The notes: a model not told the origin generated them from the sequence alone. DNA of 64,000 bases from Octopus sinensis (GCF_006345805.1 NC_042998.1:7068001-7132000), one strand, 5' to 3'; positions 12,152 to 25,424 are shown, counted from the first letter of the stretch. Program-made: numbers and translations.

Positions 12152-12637
12152 TATGCACATGTGCATGTGTGTGTGTGCATCATTATCATCATTTCCTTGC
12201 TAGCATGGGTCGGACAGTTTACTCTTTTACTGTTTCCAAGTTGCAAGACAGAAAAGACAAAAAAGGAAATAAATAAAAAGGGAAAGCCCTAATATGACTA
12301 AGTGGAAGGAGTAAGGTTTTAGGGAAGAGCAATAGCTTCTGTGCCAGGTGCTGAGAAGCTAAAATACAATAAAGAAGCAAGTACCAGTGTTTTGATGTAC
12401 AAGAGATAGATACATGGCTATTCGACATTATAAGGATGAGTAGTAGTAACTGGGAAGAAAATGAAGCTGGGAGTGATGGGCTGCCGGAACAAATTGTCAA
12501 GGTACAAGAAGTTGAGCATAAGAGAGGATACGGTTGGTCGATCAAGAGGTACAGCTAATGAATATATGTTTGAGTGTATGAATGAATATATGCTTGAATA
12601 CATATGTGTGAGATGTTATTTCTACATTCATTTATAT

Positions 12638-12699
<62 letters not shown>

Positions 12700-12785
12700 T
12701 ATATATATATTATATATATATATATTATATATATATATAATATATATATATATAAAATAATATGTTACAATTACTCAATAGTCAA

Positions 12786-12846
12786 GATAAAACTCTGAGT
12801 TTCAGATGCCGAAATGGAAATCCACAACGCCATCTCTTCGGTTATC
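12786..12846 (-). ncRNA. hammerhead-like motif with U4C core variant
   Basis: minus: GATAA-CCGAAGA-GATG...CATCT-GAAA-CTCAGAG-TT-TTATC; 5-bp stem I, inside a TA-flanked repeat. Confidence 0.4.
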
Positions 12847-12958
12847 TGGCCATCTGAAAAAACGCTATGAAAAATACCTCTATTTACATAATATTGAGGT
12901 CTCTTTTTTTCTTTTGTTATCTTACCGTTTTTACCAATATATATATATATATATATAT

Positions 12959-13078
12959 ATCACGTGATCACGTGACCGACCAGTCCACCAGATGTAGTTA
13001 CACATCGCTGGTCACAATGCGTTCGCATTGTTTTAGCCTTCGAACGATGCCACCCCGCTGGCTAAGCGAGTAGGCCAA
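12959..13078 (-). mobile_element. 3' fragment of a SINE C-related family
   Basis: CACGTGATCACGTGA tail; CTGGCTAAGCGAGTAGGCCAA shared with 39411. Confidence 0.6.
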
Positions 13079-14027
13079 TATATACATATAAAGATCACAA
13101 TTGTCATATATATAAATATATGTAGGGAACACAACTCTCATATGTGTGCATGTATATGTCTCCAGTTATATTTTGTAACAAACAGCTTCAAGTTGATTTT
13201 CTTTGTACATGGGATATTAAAATTGCTGTTGAAATAAATTCTAGGGATCTGAATTGATTTGAATGTAATGCAAAGTTCGTTGAATTATTCTCCCTTAAAC
13301 AAAAGAATTATTGATGTCTTCCATTTTATTTTGTCATGGGAAGGATTATATTTAAGTCCTATTCTTTTTTTTTTTTCAATCCATTGATTTAACTTTTCTT
13401 TCAAGTTAGCTGTTTTAGAATAAATTCTGTTGCTATACAGAATGTTGACACTTAAAAGCAAATGAAAGAAAGTAATAATTTTCTTCAAACAATTTTATTT
13501 TCCTATAATTCTCTATGACAATATCCATCTTACTAAATTGATAAAATGATAATTTTATCCTTCACAGGATCTACAGTGACTTCTTTGTTACCAGTGAGAA
13601 AAGAAAATGATCAATAAAATAAAATCAATTGTAGAACATTCACACTTTTCTTTCAAATCCTTTTCATTGACTAAATTAGACTTTGTCTTTAGTGATATTT
13701 CTGTGACAAATACTTGTACTTTAATTGTCTCCTTTTTATTAAAATATCATTCATATTTTAGATGTGTTTCAACAATTAAAATTGTTCATTTTACTATTTA
13801 GGATCGTCTGTACTTACTACAATGTTTATTTTCAATAAAAATATCATTTCTCTGGTGGTTATGTTTATCTAATTTATTCAGTTTTTTTTTGTCTGTATTA
13901 TTTATATTAATAACTCATAATTGTAATTCTCAAAATATATTTTTGCTTTCTTTTATCTCTCAACTGTCTTCTAATTATTTCTTCCTACATTTTACCTCTC
14001 ACTTTCTTTTCATTAATTTTTTTTTAG

Positions 14028-14175
14028 CTATAGCAAGATGATAGAATGCAAAGAAGAATTGGAACAGAAACATTTGCATCTTCTACAGATATTAGACAGT
14101 GAAAGGCAGGCGAAATGGCATTATGTCCAGCAAACAGAAGAACACACTGCCGAAATTAAGAAACTTAAAAACGAG
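14028..14175 (+). CDS. internal exon of an unidentified coiled-coil-like protein
   Basis: long pyrimidine tract + TAG acceptor, GAG|GTTAGT donor, open frame YSKMIECKEELEQKHLHLLQILDSERQAKWHYVQQTEEHTAEIKKLKNE. Confidence 0.6.
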
Positions 14176-16169
14176 GTTAGTCGTTAATTTCATTCAAGAA
14201 TTTTAAGTAAATTAAAAATCAAACTTCCTTTCTTATAAAACATGTTTTGCAGTTGTAATTCTAAAAAAAAAATATTATTTTTAAGATATTGTATTTTGGG
14301 TGCTTGGTTGCTTCTTTTATCTCTGTTTATTAAGAGATAAAAAAGAAATATTTTACTTTCATGTTTTCTAAATAATAAAAATGATAACAATGTGAAATAA
14401 TGTTTTCAACTTTATCTTCTACATCTAACAATTTCAAAATGTATAACCATACATCAAACATGCATCTTTGAATACAACTCACCATGACAGCTGTTTACGT
14501 TACCAGGAGCTCTCTGCATTATTTGACTTTTATCTGTATTTTTTTTCTCCACAAGACACAGAATCTACTGTTTATGATTCCATATGGTACTCTTCATTTA
14601 TACTATATATTTCCATTATCCTTCATAATATTATTTAACAGATTTTTGATTTCTATTTAATTATATATTGTGAAAGTGAATATGCAAAATAATTGTATAT
14701 TTTAATCCATTGCTCTGCTGATTCTTCTATCAATATTAGCGATGAAATGAGTCAATTTATATGATCTGTGAAACAAGTTGTCAGCCCATTAGTTGACATC
14801 AGACATCAAGAATTTTGCTGTAGCACCAAGACAGTTTACATAACTGGATAAGAGAAACTGATCCCACAGTAAATGTTAGATGCAATCAAGTAGTGTTACA
14901 TACAGGGGCAGATTTGTTACCCATCTATAAACTACCGAGATACCGATTTTACAACCTCTGCTGTTTGTGAAAAGATCAACTTTGTTCTACAATAATGGAA
15001 CTAACGAGGTTTATTTGGGTTTTATTCGTAAAACAACAATTTAATTTCAGAATTGTAGCTGTTTCCTTGATTAAAAGAAATATATGAAATTTTTTCCCTT
15101 TTCTAGATATATTAAAATTTCTTGCTTTATTTTTGTATTTTTGAAATTATTTCTGTGTTTGTTTGTATAAATGTGTGTGTGTGTGTGTTCTTGCATGCTA
15201 AGTGGCTAAGTATTCGTGTATCCTTTTTCAGATTTTTTTATCATGTGTGGAAATCTTGTTTGGAATAATTAAGCTGTATTTCTGTTATTTTAGATTATTT
15301 TGACTGAATTATTTTTAATATGTGGATTATTAAGAAGTTGAACTTGTTCACTGGATGTTTTGTATTCTTTGCAAGAGAGGAAAGACTCGCTGGAGAGTAC
15401 TTTCCTATTCTTTCAATCCTTCATAAAATGATTACGAAAAAACATATTCTTTTCTTTTTTTCCTGTATTTATTTTGAATAATTTAACTTTTTATTTAAAT
15501 TAATTTAATTCAATTTTAGCATTTATCGTTTGGGCATTCACTAACATCTCTATTTCAGAAAGTTCATTTCCTTCATCAGTATGAAATCTTTTAGAGAATT
15601 AATTACACAAAAATACTCGAAATACAATTATAAAATAGATTTTATAAAGCATAAAGAAGATTGATAAATTTCTTGATTCATAAATAAACATTTTTAAATC
15701 AAAAAATTATTTTTTTAAATTTAAATAGTTCTTAAATTCACTTAGATTGAGAGTGAAATTAATCTACACATTTTTCAGTTTTTTTTGGTCTGTTCAGTAC
15801 AATTATTCGGTTTCTCAGCTAAATTTTTTCCAATTGAAAACCAACAATATATTGGAAAATATGATGTTGTAAAGAATCCTGAGAAAATATTTCAATCTTA
15901 GTCACATCTGTTTATGGTACCCATGGCTAATTCATGATAAGCTTTTACTTCTATTTTAACATTATTGAACTAATTAGTTGTGGTAAATAGTTACCCTACT
16001 TTATATTTTAACCCAAGAGTCCTCAACCACCAGGCTAGGGACCAGTGTCAGGCTGTGGATCATTTGGTACTGAGATGCATAGAGTGAATAGATTAAATTT
16101 TGTTTTATTTTATTGTCTGTTGCAGCCAGAAGGGTGTTTTTACATTATATATGTATTATATATTTTATA

Positions 16170-16217
<48 letters not shown>

Positions 16218-16272
16218 TATATATATATATATATATATACTTTATTTAAAGCAGCAGAAAATTCAACAAAAC

Positions 16273-16307
16273 CTGTTACTCTGAGTTTCTCGCCGTTCAT
16301 CGGACAG
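16273..16307 (-). ncRNA. minimal hammerhead-like motif, U4C core, stem II eroded
   Basis: minus: CTGT-CCGATGA-ACGGCGA-GAAA-CTCAGAG-TA-ACAG, in a ~75-bp island between TA runs. Confidence 0.45.
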
Positions 16308-16313
16308 TTTTTG

Positions 16314-16355
<42 letters not shown>

Positions 16356-16357
<2 letters not shown>

Positions 16358-16503
16358 TTAGATTCAGTTGAATATGGTACTTAAGTTAAAGGCACCAGAA
16401 TTTAGTATGGTATTATCCATATAATTCAAAATAGGGTGGTGATTATAATCAAAATAAGAAACAAGGATATCCAGAGGTGGATATCCTTGCTGCTTATTTT
16501 GAT
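16356..16503. mobile_element. fold-back family F, copy 1
   Basis: TTTAGATTCAG.TGAATATGG... shared with 38387 and 43009; ends in 25-bp hairpin 16448-16503. Confidence 0.75.
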
Positions 16504-16668
16504 ATATATATATTACATTTGTAATAATTCAGTAATATATTACACTATTGTGTTTAGTAATGCGTATGATACCGCAGTCCATGGAAAATTGTTTCACATG
16601 AAACTGGTCCATTGATCAAAAGAGGTTTGAGACTGCTATTTTAAAGTCAATTTAATAGGTACCTTGAG

Positions 16669-16878
16669 GTAGTGAGATGGCAAAATCGTTAACGTGCTGG
16701 GTAGAATGCTCGGCAGTATTTCATCCATCTTTACACCCTGAGTTCAAATTCAAGGTCAACTTTGCCTCTCATCCTTTTGGGATTGATAAAATAAGTACCA
16801 GTTGAACACTGAGGTTGATGCAATCAACTTAGCTCCTCTTTCCAAAGTTGCTGGCCTTGTGCCAAAATTTGAAACCAA
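16669..16878 (+). mobile_element. SINE B variant tail (B2), degenerate
   Basis: B head and core with CTGGCCTTGTGCCAAAATTTGAAAC end. Confidence 0.7.
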
Positions 16879-17463
16879 TATAATAAGTACTTGTTTTTAT
16901 TAAACTCTAGTCAACCTTGATTATAAGCATTCCAGCATGATCATTCAGATAGAGTATATCAAAGACTGCATTACTTATTTGGGTGTGATTTGAGGAAGAT
17001 TTGATTACTATTTATAGCAAACTGATTAACCAATTAGAGGCTTCTTCATATGCTTAGAAAATAGAGTCTCTACTGCAAGGTATAATATATTACACATAAT
17101 GCCTTGGAGTCATTTCAATAAACCCTTCTCATTCTTGGCAAATTTTTTACCTTAGGCCATCAAAAAAATCAATAACTAGCTTAAATTTGTTTCAGGGAAC
17201 TTAATCCACTGAAGATTTCATGATTAAATCATCTCCCTTATATGCCATCTCTGACACCTCAGTTTTCATGCTATATAAGGTTGCATAGTAATGCCTGATT
17301 AGTTGTTACACACTTCTTATGTAAAATGGAAAGTATCTGATATTATCAACATGTCATTATCTTTTAGTAAAAATAAACTGAAAATATATGGTGCCCCAGC
17401 ATAGCCACAGCTTTTGAGTTGAAACTAGTTAAAGAGTAGGCCAGACGCACCACCTATTGTGGA

Positions 17464-17763
<300 letters not shown>

Positions 17764-18103
17764 CACACACATATATATACAAGATTTTTAACCTTTCATA
17801 ATGAAGTTTCTGAAAGTCTAAGGCCTTGGGTAAAATTTAATAGAATTAGTGGTTTCATATCAGAATCAGCCCATTCCTTGATGATTCCTACAGGTAAAAA
17901 AAAAAAGGAAGGGGATCCATTATTCAACATATCTATGGGAAGTTGGGACAGGGCCAGGGTCTCTGACCTCATCAGGTTAGTCATCCGAGGCTCTGTTCTA
18001 GGGTGATGGCCTGGTAATTTCAAACGAGATGAAGAGCCACACCCATTGATCAAAGTCATTCTTGTTGTAATTAACCTACCTTTTTTAATTCATCTAGTAT
18101 ACC

Positions 18104-18306
18104 TATTTCTTTACTAACCACAAGGGGCTAAATGCAGAGAGGACAAACAAGGACAGACAAACAGATTAAGTCGATTATATTGACCCCAGTGCGTAACTGG
18201 TACTTAATTTATCGACCCTGAAAAGATGAAAGGCAAAGTCGACCTTGGTGGAATTTGAACTCAGAATGTAAAGGCAGACGAAATACTGCTAAGCATTTCG
18301 CCAGGT
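18104..18306 (-). mobile_element. SINE B
   Basis: family match, head truncated. Confidence 0.8.
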
Positions 18307-19294
18307 GTACTGTCAAGAATCATGTGGTCTGATTCCACTGCACACCATACTGGGGGTATGCCATTTTTTTCACCCCCCTATTAGAAATACAGATCAACTC
18401 AAGCTTTGTGAGTGAAACTGGGTAGACAGAAACTGTTCAGAAGTTTGTTGCATAGAATTTTTTATAATTCAGCTGTCCAGTCCTGTCACGCTGTTTCCCA
18501 CTGATATTACTTAAGAATTACATAAAGACTATACATGTCTGTGGAATACTCAGCCACTTGCAAACTAATGAACAGGTAATTCAGATGATCAAACAACTAA
18601 ACACACATTGACGAAACCAACAGAGGCCCAATAAATATTACATTTAAGGCATGGACACCCTGGGTGAATACCAGAAGGCCTCATGGCTCCAGGAGTCCAA
18701 TTCTGATCTATGTACCTGTGGCTTGCAGTCAACAGATATACACTATAAGGCCCAGTGCATTGGTTTACCCTGGGTCTTATAAAGCAGCTAAGACAGCCTT
18801 GGCTACATCATCCAATGCATTCTTCCTTTTTAGCATACAAGTTTGTTCTCTGAAGTAACTTGACTGCTATTTCTATTGTGTCAAGTAACCACAAAGAGGC
18901 TCCTCGGGTGGCTTATTTTGATAGATGTTAATGGTTACATTTGTTTTATTCAGAATTATCTATTTATTTCTAATTAGCATTTCTATAAAATCAATATCAA
19001 TAAGCTGCTTGAAGGAATGTAGAAAGATTTCAGAAGCAGATACATTAACAATATAGGTTTAGTTGTATCTACACAAGGGAATAAGAGAAGAAATTACATA
19101 CTTAAAATTCAATGTAAATATGATTAATTTTAAATTCTAAATAGTGAATGTTATTCCGTCTCTTGGCCAGCCAAACAACAAGCAGAAAATACACACTCAC
19201 ATCTTCATCTATATACCACCTCAATGTATTTTGTTTTAATTACATATTCCACTTAAATTTATTCATAAAATGCTTTCATATGTATATATATATA

Positions 19295-19703
19295 GGTGCA
19301 GGAGTGGCTGTGTGGTAAGTAGCTTGCTTACCAAACACATGGTTCCGGGTTCAGTCCCACTGCGTGGCATCTTGGGCAACTGTCCTCTGCTATAGCCTCG
19401 GGCTGACCAATGCCTTGTGAGTGGATTTGGTAGATGGAAACTGAAAGAAGCCTGTCGGATATATGTATATATATATGTATGTGTGTGTATATTTGTGTGT
19501 CTGTGTTTGTCCCCCCATCATTGCTTGACAACCGATGCTGGTGTGTTTATGTCCCCGTCACTTAGCGGTTTGGCAAAAGAAACCAATAGAATAAGTACTG
19601 GGCTTACAAAGAATAAGTCCCGGGGTCGATTTGCTCGACTAAAGGCGGTGCTCCAGCATGGCCGCAGTCAAATGACTGAAACAAGTAAAAGAGTAAAAGA
19701 GTA
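19295..19703 (+). mobile_element. SINE A, full length
   Basis: family match. Confidence 0.9.
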
Positions 19704-19724
19704 TATACATATATATATATATAT

Positions 19725-19762
<38 letters not shown>

Positions 19763-19787
19763 GTGTATGAATATATATATATATATA

Positions 19788-19985
19788 CAATTAAGGACTG
19801 AACACGAAAAGTGGACAGTCAACATGCTAGATAGACGTCAAATCGCCATTCACCACAAAAGATTATGTTCTCAGATCAAATCAACACAAGTTTGATCTGA
19901 GAACATAATCTTTTGTGGTGAATGGCGATTTGACGTCTATATCTAGCATGTTGACTGTCCACTTTTCGTCTTCAGTCCTTAATTG
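19788..19985. repeat. fold-back, ~93-bp arms, 10-nt spacer
   Basis: CAATTAAGGACTG...CAGATCAAA / TCAACACAAG / TTTGATCTG...CCTTAATTG. Confidence 0.92.
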
Positions 19986-20379
19986 GTATATATATATATA
20001 TATATATGGGTGTATGAATATATATGTGTATACATGTGTGTGTGTGTGTTGTAAGGATTTTTAATAACGGAAACTTACATCAATATGCATATACTGTTAG
20101 CACAGAGATATATGAAGGTTTTTGTGTATGTTTATGAGTATATAAATGTACGTTAATGTGTTAAAGGGAGGGTACCTCCACTTGAACTCAAACAAAACGA
20201 ATGGCAGTTGAAAGTGGAAGTTTTTTAAACCACGTACCTATGTGCATGTGTGATGTGTTTTACTGTATGTGTACCTACGTTATATATACCTCTTAGCTCT
20301 CACTCTCCCTTCCTCTTCCTCTTCTTCTTTCTCTCCCCTACATATCTATCTATCTATTTGTGTGTATATATATATATCT

Positions 20380-20490
20380 ATATGTATGTATTTTTTTTTT
20401 AAATACAAATATATGAAAGAATAAATATAAATATATGTATGTATATATATATATATATATATGTGTGTGTATGTATGTATGTATGTATGC

Positions 20491-20525
<35 letters not shown>

Positions 20526-20616
20526 TGTATATATATATACACATACACCTACACACACACACACATATACATACTTATACATATATATGCATGTATATGT
20601 ATATTTTGTGCATACA

Positions 20617-20647
<31 letters not shown>

Positions 20648-20648
20648 T
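20380..20648. repeat. compound TA/TATG/CA/TG microsatellite
   Basis: direct reading. Confidence 0.9.
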
Positions 20649-21496
20649 TAAGAGAATGTGTGGTAGTATATACACATGTGGTATGAGTCTGTATGTGTCT
20701 CGATATGTCATTGTAAAACCTAAAATACAAAAATTGTTATTTATGAATGAAATATTTTGTTTTTACTTGAAATGTAAAAATGTTATATCTTTTCATTTTC
20801 ATTTTCGTTTTTCTTTTTTTGCATTCAATTTTGATTAAATTTCTCATTTTGCAGTTTGTTGAACGGAATAATCCGTTTCTGTCTCAATGTTTTTAACTAT
20901 GTTTTTCTTTCTGTCAAACATTTTTCACAAGAATCCCTGCTGATGATTTGTCAATTTTACTTTGATAATTATGCCAAGGAGAAATTTATTACGTTTGAAA
21001 TTCTTTGTTTTCTATGCGCTTTGATCCTCTTTTCATTTTAGCAAAAACTTATGCAGACACATTTATGAACATACAAATAAGCGCACGCATGCATGCTCAC
21101 ATATATATACATGTATACTTACACACGTACATGCATAGATACATACGTAAACACTCACATACATATGGATATATAAGCATAGAGTAGAGTATATTACACA
21201 AAACTGCTGACAGCAAAGATAGAGTGACCAAAGAAAACTATACTAGACTTCAAAAAAACATGGTGTCAGAACTTTCTACTTAACAAGACAGCAAACATCC
21301 AACAATGCATTTGTAGTAGAAGTTCTGATATCATTTAGGATACTTGACTTATCCAGGGATAGAATAAGTTCCATAGATGTTAGATGTTGCTAATTCCTAA
21401 TATCAACCTGAAGCCTTAACAAAAATAGTGAAACTGAGCGGTTCTCTCTCAGACGAAGAATGTGGGGAAGATGCTTAAGTGAAGTGAAGAAAGCTT

Positions 21497-21600
21497 TTAA
21501 CTCTTTAGCATTTGAACCGGTTATATCCGGCCAAAAGTATTCTGCATGTTTTACGTTCAAACTGGCCATATCTGGTCTCTCACACCAACCCTACAATATC
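21497..21600 (+). mobile_element. possible TTAA-type (piggyBac-like) MITE end
   Basis: TTAACTCTTTAGCATTTGAACCGG; reverse copy ending AAAGGGTTAA at 40775-40838. Confidence 0.3.
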
Positions 21601-21722
21601 TGTTTCTTTATTACGCACAAGGGGCTAAACATAGAGGGGACAAACAAAGACAGACAAGTCAATTACATCGACCCCAGTGCGTAACTGGTACTTTATGGAA
21701 ATAATTAAATAATTATAGCATA

Positions 21723-22784
21723 CTAGCACTATGACCCGGCAACACCGGGTCATAGTGCTAGTGCATGCATATACAGCTACGTGCATGCACACATACATGC
21801 GAGTACTGTCAAAATATCCGACCAATCACATACAGCTAGCTGGCATTCAATTGGAGTATCAAGTTTCGGGCATTTTGATTGTGTTTTGGATAGAAAATTC
21901 ACAAAAAAGTCACTACTATTGATCTTTTAATGGCCTTACGGGGTGACCGGGGAAATGTAAAGATGTGCATGACCACCCTTGCACGGTTTTGAATGACCAT
22001 AGAAAGTGTGAGCCCTCTAACTGAAAAATTGTGGATTTGTATAAAGGACGCGCACGCAGACATTTTGCCGTTTATATATATCATCATCATTGTTCGACCG
22101 TGGTCGAGACAATGGAATTTACCATGTTGCGCCAGACTTCACGGTCCATCATAGCATTACGGAGGTCCTGTTGCTGGATGCCTGTATCCCTGGAGATTAC
22201 ATCAGGGTAGGAGAGTGTGCGCCCTCTGGTGTTGCGAGTAGATGGCTTCCAGAGGAGAAGAGTAGAAATTACTTCTTTTTCAGCTCTACAACAATGTCCA
22301 GCAAACTGGACTCTCCTACCTTTCACAAGAGATGACACAGGTGGTAATTTCCCATATATTTGCATTTTAGTTGGATGGCGCCTCCACGAGAGATTTTGAG
22401 CTCTCATAAGGAGGCGAGTGTAGGTTCCATCCAACTGCCTCTCAAGCTTCTTTGATAACGTCCAGGTTTCTGAGCCATATAGTAGGATTGGTTCGACTGT
22501 GGCTTTGAAGATTTCAAGTTTGAAGTCTCTACTTAGATTTGATGACCAGATCTTATGCATGTCATTACAGGCTGACCAGGCCATACCCTTTCTAGTTAGA
22601 AAGTCTTTTCCAGATGATGATATGTATGACCCAAGATATTTATAATCGGAAACCATATTTAAAGGCGCACTGTTGAGAGTATGGATGATGCAATCACTGT
22701 TGGACAGGCACTTGTTTATGTATTCAGTTTTGGTCTCATTGAGGTAAAGACCTACACAATTTGAGGCCTGTATATATATAGAGA
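21723..22784 (-). mobile_element. non-autonomous Helitron H2 with nested RTE
   Basis: minus 5' A|TCTCTATATA at 22784, 3' CTAG|T at 21723 with terminal hairpin. Confidence 0.65.
22081..22770 (-). mobile_element. 5'-truncated RTE-clade LINE (family 2), RT C-terminal region with open frame
   Basis: ORF 22087-22791: GLYLNETKTEYI, YKYLGS, ILLYGSETW, QFAGHC; stop runs into (TGA)n tail; TATATATA on both flanks. Confidence 0.92.
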
Positions 22785-22906
22785 TGAGCATACATGCTCA
22801 CTTGAATACAAATCAATCACAAATACATGCATGTACGCATATTTATGTTTGAATCTAACATTGCTCTGCTATTTGACTGAACCTGATAATATTTTCTCAT
22901 CAGTGA

Positions 22907-23120
22907 AGCAGTGAGCTGGCAGAAACGTTAGCATGCCAGGCAAAATGCTTAGTGGTATTTCGTCTGTCTTTATATTCTGAGTTAAAATTCCACTGAGGTC
23001 AACTTTGCCTTTCATCCTTTCGAGATTGATAAATTAAGTACCAGTTCCGTACTGGAGTCAATCTAATCAATAGCCCCCTTCCCGAAATTTCTGGCCTTGT
23101 GCTTAGAGTAGAAAAGAATA
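22907..23120 (+). mobile_element. SINE B2
   Basis: family match. Confidence 0.8.
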
Positions 23121-23313
23121 TTTTCTCAACAGGGATGATCAAAATAAATTATAAATTTGGCTCCATAACTACCGTCTCATCTATAACCTTGGAGCCCTAG
23201 TAATCCATTATCGCACTTACATAGCATACCTATTTGTTCAGATCACCTGTGAACTAAACCCCCATACTTTGTATATATGTATTTATGCATATCTGTTTAT
23301 ATATTTATATATA

Positions 23314-24058
23314 TCATCATCATCATCATCATCATCATCATTTAACGTCCGCTTTCCATGCTAGCATGGGTTGGACGGTTCAACTGGGGTCTGGGGAGCC
23401 CGAAGGCTGCACCAGGCCAGTCAGATCTGGCAGTGTTTCTACAGCTGGATGCCCTTCCTAACGCCAACCACTCCGAGAGTGTAGTGGGTGATTTTATCTG
23501 CCACCGACACAGGTGCCAGGCAAGGCTGGTGAACAGCCACGCTCGGATGGTGTTTTTATGTGCCACCGACACAGGTGCCAGATGAGGGTGGCATCAGCCA
23601 CGATTGGATGGTGTTTGTTACGTGCCCACAGCACGGAGGCCAGTCGATGCGGTACTGGCTACGACCCCGTTCGGATGGTTTTCTTGTGTGCCACCGGTAC
23701 TGGTACCACAAAGATACAAATTCCATTGATGTTCATCTATTTTGATTTGTTTTGATTTTCACTTGCCTCAACAGGTCTTCACAAGTGTCACAAGAAGGAA
23801 GGTATGCACAGGTGGACTGACTACGTCCCAGGTAGGGGTCACGGGTTATGGCCTGACTAGTCTTGCCGGGTCTTCGGATGGTGTTTTTATGTGCCACCGA
23901 CATAGGTGCCAGATGAGGCTGGCGAACGGCCATGATCGGATGGTGTTTGTTACATGCCCACAGCACAGAGGCCAGTCGATGCGGTACTGGCTACGGCCAC
24001 GTTCGGATGGTTTTCTTGTGTGCCACCGGCACTGGTACCACAAAGATACAAATTCCAT
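23314..24058 (-). mobile_element. RTE 3'UTR copy with internal partial duplication
   Basis: (TCA)n tail, core, units, ORF end GAAGACCCGGC at ~23877, then a second unit block to 24058. Confidence 0.88.
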
Positions 24059-24082
24059 ATATATATACATACATATATATAC

Positions 24083-24116
<34 letters not shown>

Positions 24117-24659
24117 TAGTTATATATATTAGTGTGTGTGTATACATATATACCTATATATGTATATATATATTAGTACATGTGTTTATACAAATATATA
24201 TATGTATGTATGTATATACACATACATACACACTTATACAAACACACACACACACGCACACACTCAAACACACACACATACACTCATGCACACACACACA
24301 TATTTATGAACTCAAATGGCATTCATATATTTGTAAAACTTCATATCAGACAGATTGATCTGATTTGATGCATGATGTGAAATTACGTTACAATAGAGAG
24401 AAAAAATTGCATCAACAGTAAAACATAATGAGATTGAATCATGAATACAGGTGTTAGGAGTTCATCATAACATGTCATGTTAAGCAGAAATAAACAAATA
24501 ACACCTGTGTGTGTCAAGACATTTAAAAATTGTCATTAAGAAAATAAATAACCAATTGGGTTTGAAAAATTGGATAAATGTTTCTTTAGCATGGGAAATT
24601 TGATTTAGATATGAAAAAAACAGAAAAGAATTATGGTTGAACTTTCACATATCGACACA

Positions 24660-25160
24660 CAGATGACTGTGTGGTAAGAAATTTGCATTTTAGTTATGTT
24701 GTTTTGGTTTCTGTCTCAAGTATCTTCTGCTATAGCCCCAGGCTGACCAAAACCTTGTGAGTGGATTTGATTGACAGAAACTGAAAGAAACCCATCATGT
24801 GTGTGTGTGTGTGTGTTGTGTGTATGTTATTTCTTTATTGTCCACAAGGGGCTAATCATAGAGAAGACAAACAAGGACGGACAAAGGAATTAAGTCGATT
24901 ATATCGACCCCACTGTGTAGCTGGTACTTATTTAATCGACCCCGAAAGGATGAAAGGCAAAGTCGACCTCGGCATGATTTGAACTCAGAACATAGCAGCA
25001 GACGAAATACCGCTAAGCATTTCACTCAGCTTGCTAACGTTTCTGCCAGTTCACCGTGCGTGTGTGTTTGTGTCTGTGTTTGTCTCCCACCAACGCTCAA
25101 CAACTGGCATTGGTTTCTTGACATTCTTATAACTTAGCAGTACAAAAGGGAACAGGAAAA
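24660..25160 (+). mobile_element. degenerate SINE A split by a SINE B (24828-25055, minus)
   Basis: A halves flank a complete B copy inserted in the internal (TG)n. Confidence 0.75.
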
Positions 25161-25424
25161 GTAAGAGCCAAGCTCTTTTAATCAAAATATGATTGATGTT
25201 GGTTTGTTCAGTTATTATATATATATATCATTATATCATCATTTCTATGCTTTCCTCTGATGGTGTTTCTTGGGGCAAATTTTCTATGGATGGATTCTCT
25301 TCCTGTCACCAACACTTATCCGTTTCCATGCAAGGTTATAATTTCCCCCATGGTCAGACATATACAGATGTGTTTGTGTGTGTGTGTGTGTGTGTGTAGT
25401 GTATGAAGTGATGTACAGATATTG

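Larger units (their letters stand above)
16014..16638 (+). mobile_element. degenerate hAT/Charlie-like MITE with nested insertions
   Basis: left CAAGAGTCCTCAACCAC, right GGAAAATTGTTTCACATGAAACTGGTCC...GGTTTGAGACTGCT resembling recalled MER1-type ends. Confidence 0.45.

Noticed and set aside
17958-17975. Minus-strand CTGATGA-GGTC-AGA-GACC resembling a hammerhead core and stem II
   Set aside because: No GAAA follows, and no stems I/III
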